A stretch of 64,000 nt of DNA from the human T2T-CHM13v2.0 reference genome, Homo sapiens. Of the stretch, positions 40,456 through 64,000 are shown in pieces (positions within the stretch are counted from its first letter, which is position 1; the number at the start of each line of letters is the position of its first letter). The position numbers and the translations under genes are program-made. The stretch lies in assembly GCF_009914755.1 (NCBI RefSeq), contig NC_060931.1; one strand, 5' to 3'. The notes below the pieces were generated by a model. The model was not told the DNA's origin. It saw nothing but the letters and a program-made list of their open reading frames with translations, and ran no database searches.

Positions 40456-40973
40456 GCAGCTATTTTCACTCAGAGGATGGGGCTTTTGGATTTAGACAGA
40501 CTTGGGTTTTAGATCCAGCAAGTCACATAACCTTCCTAAGTTTCAGAGTTTTACTTGCAAAAAAGAGGTAATGAAATCCACCTTGGGTTTTTGTGAAAGT
40601 AAAATGAAATGAAATCCGTAAAAACACTGAGCACACTAACGAACCACTCACGGATATTACTATCTGGAAAGGTGGTGTATCGTGAGGCTACGTTATTTTG
40701 TTAGTATTATTGGAGATAAATGAATTCCTGAGGCATAAGTGCCTGCATTCACACCTTGTCATTTGGTGAGGAACTAGGGGGTCTGGGTGGATATGGTACA
40801 GATATTGAGTCACATACAGGGCTTTGCACTGACTCTGGGGTAGAACCACCATAAAACATAACCCCAGGTAACCAGACTCAGAGAGGCTGCCTTCTAAGAT
40901 GCTGGTACCTAGCAACGCACCTGGCACACAGTAGGCAATTAAAAAGCACTGGCCGGCCTGGCGCAGTGGCTCA

Positions 40974-41336
<363 letters not shown>

Positions 41337-42087
41337 TCACGAGGTCAGAAGATTGAGACCATCCTGGCTAACACAGTGAAACCCTGTCTCTACTAAAAAA
41401 TACAAAAAATTAGTTGGACGTGGTGGCGGGTGCCTGTAGTCCTAGCTACTCGGGAGGCTGAGGCAGGAGAATGGCATGAACCCGGGAGGCAGAGCTTGCA
41501 GTGAGCTGAGAGATTGTGCCACTGCACTCCAGCCTGGGCGACAGAGTGAGACTCTGTCTCAAAAAAAAAAAAAAAAAAGGCATTGGCCAATGAGTGCAGG
41601 AAGGAAGAGCACTCACTGAGTACTGAACATCTATCAGCATCTGTTAATGGGTCTGTTAGTTAACCCTTTCAGGGTTGTAAGTAATAGCAACCATTCAAAC
41701 CAGCCTAAGCCAGGGAATTTAAATACATTTAAAATTCTTTTAAATGTAAGGAGAATCTGTTGTCTTGAAGACTGACAAGGCCAGTGTGTGCTTCAGGTAT
41801 GGCTGGATCCAGGGACAGTGGGATGTATATGGTGATCTTCTCCCCGTTTTTTCTCCTGTGCTAGCTTTATATCCAGGCAGGTGCCCTTCATATGGTGGTC
41901 TTGGCAGCCCCTCCTGACTCCTACCTTCTATACACCCAGAAATTCCAGAGCAAAGGGAATCTCTTTTTCAAACAGTGCCAGCCGGAGGCTTGGACTGACT
42001 CTGAGCCACACAGCCAGAGTCACAAGATCATCTTTATCCAATCACTCCAGCTCCAGGCCCTGGGAGTAGGGGAGAGATAATTTCTGA

Positions 42088-42519
<432 letters not shown>

Positions 42520-42669
42520 TAATTCATGGGTGACCAGGTAAGACACAGAAGCATGCCACCTGGTGAGTACATGGGGATGGGGAACCAGATCTGTGCTGGG
42601 TCCAGGCAGCACCAGTGCCATTGGGGATTTTAAGGAGGCTGGGATCTGCACCCCTGGCCAAGAGGTCAT

Positions 42670-43180
42670 GCAGTAGATTAATTGCAAAAATGCTCCTGAT
42701 TCTCCATCTGTCCCTGAATCCTCACCCTGTGTGGAGTGGCTTTGCGATATCTCCTAGCAGAGCCTGTTTCCCTTCCCCTAGAATCAGGGCTGGCCTTGTC
42801 ATTTGGATGGACAGCAGATTGTGGCAGAAGGCACGGTGTACCAGCTCTGAGCCTCAGCCTCAAGCCATCTTCTGTGCCTTTGGTTGTTCACCTTCTTTGA
42901 CCCCCAGTCCCCTCATGAAAAAAATCCTGGCTATTTGGGTGCAAAATGAGAGACCCCACAGGGCTATCCCAGCTTTTCCAGCCAAAGGCCCCAGACATGA
43001 GATTGCTTGGTATGATTACCAAAGCTGCCTAGCTGACTCATAGCTGACTGAAGATGCAGAGCCTAGCTCAGATCAGAACTGGGACCCAGAGACTTGTGAG
43101 CAGTAAGTGATTGCTGTTTGAAGCCAATGAGTTTTGGGACAGTTTGTTATGCAGCGTTGTTGTAGCAAACAACCAATAAA
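42670..43180 (+). mobile_element. MLT1H-like MaLR LTR
   Basis: TTGCTGTTTGAAGCCAATGAGTTTTGGGACAGTTTGTTATGCAGC 3' end, typical of MLT1G/H. Confidence 0.6.
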
Positions 43181-43204
43181 AGGCATGCTAGGGAGAAAAC
43201 CTAG

Positions 43205-43731
<527 letters not shown>

Positions 43732-45012
43732 TGAGCTGCTAGGGTGAAATGTACCCCACTAGCCACATCCCCCTTGCAGTATATATTTTGGTTTTGATGT
43801 TTTTGTATGGTGCTTGTGTGCAAGGAACAAAAAAACAAAGGTGGCTTCCAAGAGGGGCCTAGGGGAGACTGGGAAGAACTGAACAGGTTCCCAGTACTGC
43901 CCAGGTGCAATGTAAGCCATTTGATTGCAGTGGGAGAAAAAGAATCCATGAGACAGGATTAAAGCCCATTTCAGACTTTTCCAAAAAAAAAAAAAAAAAA
44001 GTGCAACGAGGGAAGCTGTCTGATCCAAGGATCTGTCAATCAGAGAATTTTAAAAAAGGTGAAACAGTTCACACACCCTCCCTCCCTGCCCACCACGCCA
44101 CCTGCTCCTGCTCCTGGTATCCAGGTAACTCCTGCTATATGCCTAGGCACATGTAAAATGACCATTTGGGTCCCAAACACATCCCAGATTGTGTCATCTG
44201 CCCCCACACCTGCCCCGGTCTCATGACTTGCTCCAGGGAACATCACCATCCGTCCAGGTGAGAAGTCTGGCAGTTGGCCACCAGATCCTGCTCACCTCCT
44301 GCCTCAACACCTCCCCATTCTGTCTGCTCTACCTTGACCACACCTATTCCACTCCCAGGCTCCCCACTTCCAATTGGGCCACCTCTACACAGGTTTGGGT
44401 TTGTCCACTGCATGAAACCTCAATTCCGCAGTCTGACATAGGGGGTCTTCCTTCTCCAGTCCTTCCTTCCCTGCGTCTCTCCCAGGCTTCTCTCTTCCTG
44501 TGTCCCTGAAGCCAGCTTCCAAGGCCCAGGCTGGGCGTGCACATCCCCAGGGCCCCTCTACATCCGGCTTTCTGCCCTCTCGCGTCTCGCGCCTGCCTGC
44601 AGGGTCGTGCTCAAGGGTGTCGGCCCCCTCACAGGGACCCACTAGGAGCAGGATCAGAAAAAAGGTCCACATGTCCCAGGAATGTGGCCACTTTGTAATC
44701 CACCCTCCAGGCCCCCCTGACAGCCTGGGAGCGAAGTGGGAAGTGGGCCCAAGAAGCCGACAGAGCACGGTCCTCCATGTGCAGGCACACTCAGCACCTG
44801 CTCCTACAGCATCTGGCTCTGGGCCTGGGGGTAGGAACAAGGGCTGGCAGAGGAGGGCCCGACCACAGCTCGGCGGCTGAGGTAGCTGCAGGAGAGGCTG
44901 GCGGTGTGCTCAGAGCCCGGGGCACAGTGGCCCCGGACCTCGGCAGTGTCTGGGCTGCCCTCTCGGCCTCCATCTCCCTGCTCAGGCCGCAGAGGACGCG
45001 GTGTGGCCACTG

Positions 45013-45114
<102 letters not shown>

Positions 45115-45200
45115 TCAGTGGTCCCAGGAACCTGTGACGCCTTCCCTGTCTCTTCCCACACTAGACAGCCCATCAGGGGGTTAGGGGGACATGTCGCTCA

Positions 45201-49408
<4,208 letters not shown>

Positions 49409-49454
49409 TCACATGGGCCCAGCTTCTCCTGGACTACTGTGGCATCAATGATGA

Positions 49455-49649
<195 letters not shown>

Positions 49650-49655
49650 TAGCTA

Positions 49656-50426
<771 letters not shown>

Positions 50427-50429
50427 TCA

Positions 50430-51137
<708 letters not shown>

Positions 51138-51942
51138 TCAATATTGGCCTGGGCTAAGGGGAAGAAAAAAGGAAAGGGGGCGGGGCCGCTCGGTGAGCAG
51201 GGGCCGGGAGAGGGTGGGGCCTGGCAGGAAGGGGGCGGGGCTTCCAGGTTGGCCCAGGATACAGCGGGGAATCTGAAGGGGCAGGGGACAAGGGAAGCAG
51301 GTAGACCTGTGAGGCAGAGCTGGGGCGGGGACTGGGCTACTGGAGGAACTCTAGAGGGGTGGGGGTCAATGAACAGGGCGGGGTCTATGAGGCTAAACTG
51401 AGGCGGGGCCCGGGTGGAAAGAGGGCGGGGCTTTGGGATTGGCCGGGGCTACTGTGAGGAGCCTGGCGGGTAGGAGCAAGGAAACTGAGCGGGGCTGCTG
51501 GTTGAGTTCGAGCGGGGGGAGAGGGCGGGGCCCAGCAGGGAGAGGGCGAAGCTTCCAGGTGGGCTTCGGCTACAGGGAGGAGACCGAATGGAGGGGACAA
51601 GGAACAAGGGCGGGGCCTGCGAGGGGTGCCGTAGGGGGCCGGGGCAGGGGCGGGCCCTGAAATAGAGACGGTCTTTCAGCGACCGATTTAAGGGTGAGGA
51701 CGGGGTTCTCGAGACGCTAGATTGAGAAGCTGGGTGGGGTCTATGGGGGTCGGGCCAGGGACTAGGGCGGGGCCTGCGAAGGAGAGAGGGAATGAGGCTG
51801 GAGGCGGGGCCAGAACCGGGAAGTTGATTAGACAGTGAGGGTGGGGCCAGCACCTGCGCCCAGATGGGATCTGGCTGGCTATGGGGCCTGGGAGGGGGCC
51901 TTCACCGCGCTGAGCGACAGGAGGCCGGGTCCCCACCGCCTA

Positions 51943-52182
<240 letters not shown>

Positions 52183-52557
52183 TCACAGCCAACAGCCACT
52201 ATCCCCCTAAGCACGACCTCGACTTAATCAGCTACACGTCCATAGTCCCTTCATTCCTCAGGTCGGGGACCTTCAGGTCCTGTGTGTAACCTCCCCCGCC
52301 CCGTGTCCTGTGCACTCCCCGTGCTGCAGGAAGCCAGGTCTTTCTGTTCCATCCTGGGACCGCCTGTTCCACCCATCAACGACAGGGAGATACCCAGGAA
52401 GGGGTGAGGGCAAGAGAGCCTGGAAGATGTATTTGTGGATGCCTCCTGTCTACGGTGTGACTGAGCAAATTACCTGACCTCTCTGTGCTTCCTCATTAGG
52501 AAGTGGGGGGTGATCACATTATGTACATCACAGAGTTGCCATGGGATTTAGAAATGA

Positions 52558-52833
<276 letters not shown>

Positions 52834-52962
52834 TGAGCTCAGGCGATCCACCCACCTCAGCCTCCCAAAGTGCTGGGATGACAGGCGTGAGCCACTGTGC
52901 CCGGCCTAAATGCCAGCTATTAAATAACTCAGGGACTGAAGGCTTGAGGACGCATCAGGTTA

Positions 52963-53166
<204 letters not shown>

Positions 53167-53944
53167 TCAGAGTAGGAGGAGCAGCAGCAGCTGGACTGGC
53201 CTCCCACTTCCCACCCTCTGAGGGCCGCCATAGGGGCTTCCCGAGCAAAAGCACCCATCAGGTGCTGGGATAAAGCCCGGAGCAGGAGGAGACTGCAGGA
53301 GAAGCCAGATCATCCGAGTCACCGGGTGCTGAGCCAGCGCCTCCTGGGGTCAATCGAGACTCAAGACTTGGAACACTACTCGTGCAGAAGCCAGCAAGGT
53401 GGGACTGCAGCGGGGGCATGAAGGAGCTGTGAAGAGGCTAGAGCCAAGTAAGGGGCTACCGGAGGTGGCTCAGGGGTCTGGCTCTGTCATCAGGTCTCCT
53501 TGGAGAGCGGTGAGTTCACCAGGGCTGCCCTGGGCAGAGTGAGCTGGTGCTGGGAGAACTGCAACTGTGACAGCCTAGGGGCCAGACGCTGGACACGTGG
53601 CTGTGATGAATGGCATAGATGAGAGGTAACAGCCTGGGGCTGGGGCAGGGAGTGCGGACGGGGTGGCTGCCAAAGGGAGAGAACCCAAAGGGAGGGCAGG
53701 CAGGGGAATGAAGTCTTAGAACATGGCTGCAGGGCAGGGACACTGAGGATGGATTTGGGTTTGGCCACATGTGTGACCTGTGTCCCTGTGTCCACCTTTG
53801 GTAACCAATGGAAGAACCACGCTGTGGAGCAATACTTGAAGATCGGTCCAAGGCTGGCAGGAGTGAGGTCTCCAGGGGACCCAGGAGGTCCCTATTTGTG
53901 CCCTTGTCTCACTGAGGTTTTTTTTTTTTTTTTTTTTTAGATAG

Positions 53945-54091
<147 letters not shown>

Positions 54092-55096
54092 TGATTTTTT
54101 TGTAGAGACAAGATCTCACTATGTTGCCCAGACTTGTCTTGAACTCTTAGGCTCAAGCAGTCCTCCCGCCTCAGCCTCCCAAAGTGCTGGGATTACAGGC
54201 GTGAACCACCAAGCCTGGCCTCAATGGGCATCTTTATTAGCAACTTGGAAAGGGTCCCTGGAGATGTGGGCTGAGAAAGCAGGAGACAGAATTGGGACCC
54301 AGGAGATGGCAGTGGGGAAAAATCACAAGCATGCCTCTGCCCAGTGTGACTACATGTGAGAGTGAGCTATTGATCCCAAGAAGATGGAGTTGAGGATGAT
54401 GGTGATCATGAGCACTGGGACGGGGCAGCCCTGGGAGCTGGAAGGAGCCCCTGCCATATTAAAAGGAGTATGATGTCCCAGTCAAAGGAGCTGAGAACCC
54501 TGTTCTCTCCTCTGAGCTGGTCAAGCCCCATTGGGGGTTCCATCTGGGAATGTCTCTTTGACAGAGACATGGACACTGGAGTGGGGGTTGGAAACCATGT
54601 TCTAAGAGAATGATCTGAAAAAAAAAAAAAGGGGTGGGGTGAACCTTGTTCATCTTGCAGATTGGTTGGTCTGTGGATAAGATTGCTCTGCCCGATTTTA
54701 AGGGCCAGAAAGAAAACAGGGCATGGGAATCCTGGGGAGACAAGATTTCAGAGCAAGACAAAGGATGGTTAAAATCGTCCAGTGAGGAAAGGAAGACCTT
54801 GACAGGTAGTGAGTTCCCCACCACTGAAGGTGTTCAAGCATACACTGCCAGTGTTGTGAGGGAGGAACTTCAAGCATCAAAGTGAAAGGGTGAAGGCTGG
54901 TGTGCAGGAGTTTGAACCAGCTGCTCTTTTAAAGGTTTAAGAGAACTTGTCTGGCCTCAAAAGTGATAGGTTTCAAGGATGGGTAGGGTGGCATTTCCAG
55001 GTGTCCCCAGTGTGTGTCTTTGGCTGAGGGACACAGATTGGCTTCAATGCCTGCAGTGGCCCCCAAGCGTGGGGACGTTCTTGGGCTGGGCCTCTA

Positions 55097-55960
<864 letters not shown>

Positions 55961-56161
55961 GGCTAACCTGCGACAGGGAATATGGGCTAGCCTCAGTCAA
56001 GGAGCATGATAACCTTGAACAGGAGATAGGGTAACCTGGGGCAAGGGGTGGGATAGCTTGAGCTAGGGAGTGGGATAGCCTGGGGAAGATCCCAAGGGCA
56101 GCAGGCCCCTTGCGGGAGCCCAGGAACACTGTTGCCTTGCAGACCGCCACACCTCGCCTCA

Positions 56162-56836
<675 letters not shown>

Positions 56837-57268
56837 TCAAAGGGTGGAGGGGTTTCTCTAGGGCCCAGAGCCACAGTCATGGAGCGTCTCGCGCACCCAG
56901 CAAGCCCTGAGATCACAGGAGGGCCTCCCAGGGCTCCTGCCTTCTGAGCTGCAGAGCAACTGTCTTCCCAGCTGTGCCAACGCTGGTACAACGCGTTGCA
57001 CTTGATCATTTATCCAATAACCACTTGCTAACTCGGGGACTTCCTCAGAATCAGGCATCTGCCTTCTTTCTTTTTCTTTTTTAAGACAGGGTCTTACTCT
57101 GTTGCTTATAGGCTAGAGTGCAGTGGTTCGAAATAGCTCACTGCAGCCTTGAACTCCTGGGCTCAAGTGATCCTCCCGCCTCAGCCTCTTGAGGAGTTGG
57201 GACTACAGGCATATGCAACCATGCCCAGCTAATTTTGTATTTTTTTTGTTAGAGATGGGGCCTCACTA

Positions 57269-57784
<516 letters not shown>

Positions 57785-57812
57785 CTATGGACCGTCCATT
57801 CCCTGCCCCCTA

Positions 57813-57959
<147 letters not shown>

Positions 57960-58118
57960 TCATTACCGTATCTGAGCTCTACGGCTCAGGCCCCGGCCCA
58001 GAACCAACATGCCCCGCAGACCCAGGAGGGCCAATCCTGAGCCCTGCTTAGCCCCATTCCCTGGGATTCCCCACCTCACCAAGCCCATTTTGCAGGTGGA
58101 AAAACTGAGCTCCATTCA

Positions 58119-58388
<270 letters not shown>

Positions 58389-58516
58389 CTACGGGGCCTG
58401 CCCTGCTTGCCTCCAGAACAGCTCTTGAGGGGAAGCCCCAGGGCAAGAAACCAGGTGCCAGGAGCAGCACCAGAATGCAGCACCAGAATGCAGCTAGCCT
58501 GAACTCAGGGGCCTAG

Positions 58517-58846
<330 letters not shown>

Positions 58847-58893
58847 TGATCCGCCTGCCTCGGCCTCCCAAAGTGCTGGGATTACAGGTGTGA

Positions 58894-59331
<438 letters not shown>

Positions 59332-59460
59332 TAAGCAGAGATGGGGTTTCACCATATTGGACAGGCTGGTCTTCAACTCCTAACCTCAGGTGATCCACCT
59401 GCCTCAGCCTCTGAAAGTGCTGGGATTACAGATGTGAGCCACCACACCTGCCTTTTTTTC

Positions 59461-59500
<40 letters not shown>

Positions 59501-59638
59501 TGACAGGTCTCACTCTGTCCCCCAGGCTGGAGTGCAATCAAGGCTCAGTGCAGCCTTGAATCCCAGGCTCAACAGATCCTCCTGCCTGAGCCTCCCCTGC
59601 AGCTGGGATTACAGGTGTGTGCCACCACACCCAGCTAA

Positions 59639-60076
<438 letters not shown>

Positions 60077-61315
60077 TAAATATTTTGAATATATGGGGGT
60101 CTTGTTGTGTTGCCCAAGCTGGTCTTGGAACTCCTGACCTCAAGTGATCCACCCACCTCAGCCTACCAAAGTGCTGGGATTACAAGAGTGAACCACTGCA
60201 CCTGCAGCGGCTTTCATAGCAGGTGCAGGATGCCTAGAACAGGGTAGAACACAGGCTTCGGCACACCTTCCATCCACATGACCTGCATGCTGAGTGCAGG
60301 GGTTTGTGGGCATTCGGAGGGCACGCTGAACAGACAGGTGGCAGCCACACATGGCACTGCAGGCCTGTGTGTGTGCAAGAAAGAGTACACTGGGAGCCCA
60401 CCAGCCAGGTGGGATGTGGTCGTGTGCTCATGATCCTGGTGGTGGTGTTGGCATGTCTGGCAACCACGTGAGTTTCTTTCTTTTTTCTTTTTTTCTTTCC
60501 TTTTTTTTTTTCTGGAGGCAGTAGCTTGATCATAGCTCACTGCAGCCTTGATCTCCTGGACTCAAGCCATCTTCCCACCTCAGCCTCCTAAGTAGCCGGG
60601 ACTACAGGTGTGCATCACACCTGGCTAAATTAAAACTTTTTTTTTTTTTTGGTAGAGACAGGCTCTTGCTATGTTGCCCAGGCTAATCTTGAGCTCCTGA
60701 GCTCAAGTGATGCTTCCACCTCAGTCTCCTAAAATGCTGGGATTATAGGTGTGAGCCACCACGTCCAGCCTTACACGAGTTCCTTCTCACAAGTTCCACT
60801 TCTCAGAGTACAGAGCGCAGCCACTGAGACCACTTCCATTTTGTGGGTGCAAAAACTGAGACTGCAGGTGGTTAGGTGCAGTGTCTAAAGTCTCAGGTTA
60901 TGTTGTATATGCTGCATAAAGGTCACGCTGGGAAGGCGCGTCCGTGGGGCCACGTGTGGGCCTAGCCCTGGTGTATTGGGTGTGTACGTGCATGGCTGTG
61001 GACACTTCTATGTGGGAGGGGCCCAAATCGGCTGTAAGACCTCATAGGTGAGGCCAGATGCAGTGGCTCACACCTGTAATCCCTGTGCTTTGGGAGGCCG
61101 GAGTGGGAGGATCACTTGAGCCCAGGAGGTTGAGGCTGCGGTGAGCCATGATGGCACCACGACACTCCAGCCTGGGCGACAGAGCAAGACTCCGTCTCAA
61201 AAAAAAAAAAAAAAAAAAAAAGGCTGGGCGTGGTGGCTCACACCTGTAATCCCAGTGCTTTGGGAGGCCGAGGTGGGTGGATCATGAGGTCAGGAGATAG
61301 AGACCATCTTGGTTA

Positions 61316-61532
<217 letters not shown>

Positions 61533-61583
61533 TCACATGTGAGAACAGGTGTCTGTCTGTTCACCTGGTGAGCTGGACAGTCA

Positions 61584-62056
<473 letters not shown>

Positions 62057-62059
62057 TCA

Positions 62060-62418
<359 letters not shown>

Positions 62419-63085
62419 CACACAGAGCAGGCCTGGCGTGGCAGCTCACGCCTGTAATCCCAGCACTGTGGGAGGCCGAGGCGGTTGGATCACCTCAGAT
62501 CGGGAGTTCAAGACCAGTCTGGCCAACATAGTGAAACCCCCTCTCTACTAAAAATACAAAAATTAGCTGGGCGTGGTGGCATGTACCCTCAGTCCCAGCT
62601 ACTCAGGAGGCTGAAGTAGGAGAATCGCTTAGACTGGGAGGCGGAGGTTGTAGTGAGCTGAGATTGCGCCACTGCACTCCAGCCTGGGTGACAGAGCAAG
62701 ACTCTGTCTCAAAAAAACCCAAAAAACCAAAAAACATATAGAGCAGGCCAGGCATGGTGGCTCATGCCTATAATCCCAGCACTTTGGGAGGCTGAGGCAG
62801 GCGAATCATCTGAGGTCGGGAGCTCAAGATCAGCTTAGCCAACATGGTAAACCCTGTTTCTACAAAAAAATACAAAAATGTGGTAGGCATGTTGGTGTGC
62901 ACCTGTAATCCCAGCTACTCAGGAGGCTGAGGCAGGAGAATCGCCTCGCCTGAGCTCGGGGAGGCGGAGGTTGCACTGAGCCAAGATTGCGCCACTACAC
63001 TCCATCCTGGGCCACAGAGCGAGACTCTGTCTCAAAAAAATAAATAAATAAACAAAAATAAAAATAGGCTGGGGGTGGTGGCTCA

Positions 63086-64000
<915 letters not shown>

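Overview
Human (primate) genomic DNA saturated with Alu elements (about 85-90 full or partial copies by manual count). I recognise the locus as 7p22.1. It contains the complete minus-strand KDELR2 gene: 5 coding exons, 639 nt CDS, 212 aa, a CpG-island promoter at about 30.4-31.6 kb and a roughly 2 kb Alu-free 3' UTR. It also contains the 3' 15 coding exons of minus-strand GRID2IP (delphilin: harmonin-N-like segment, FH1, FH2; the PDZ-encoding 5' exons lie beyond the right edge), an RPL31 processed pseudogene, and many older repeats (MER21, MER1A, MER6, MER45, MLT1, MST, LTR13, L1M, L2, MIR). I read all exon boundaries from the sequence, and the phases join into open frames. Nearly all ORFs in the supplied track are Alu-derived or GC-rich shadow ORFs. 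I see no wholly new multi-gene system. The most notable signals are: (1) a GRID2IP intron with a perfect minor-spliceosome (U12) branch point but a GC-AG rather than GT-AG or AT-AC boundary; (2) a chimeric AluYa5 inserted into an older Alu; (3) a cluster of GACGTGG UPR-type elements around the KDELR2 start; (4) inverted Alus around KDELR2 exon 4, whose skipping opens an alternative 69-aa C-terminus. Repeat-family names come from my recall of consensus sequences and need RepeatMasker/Dfam confirmation.
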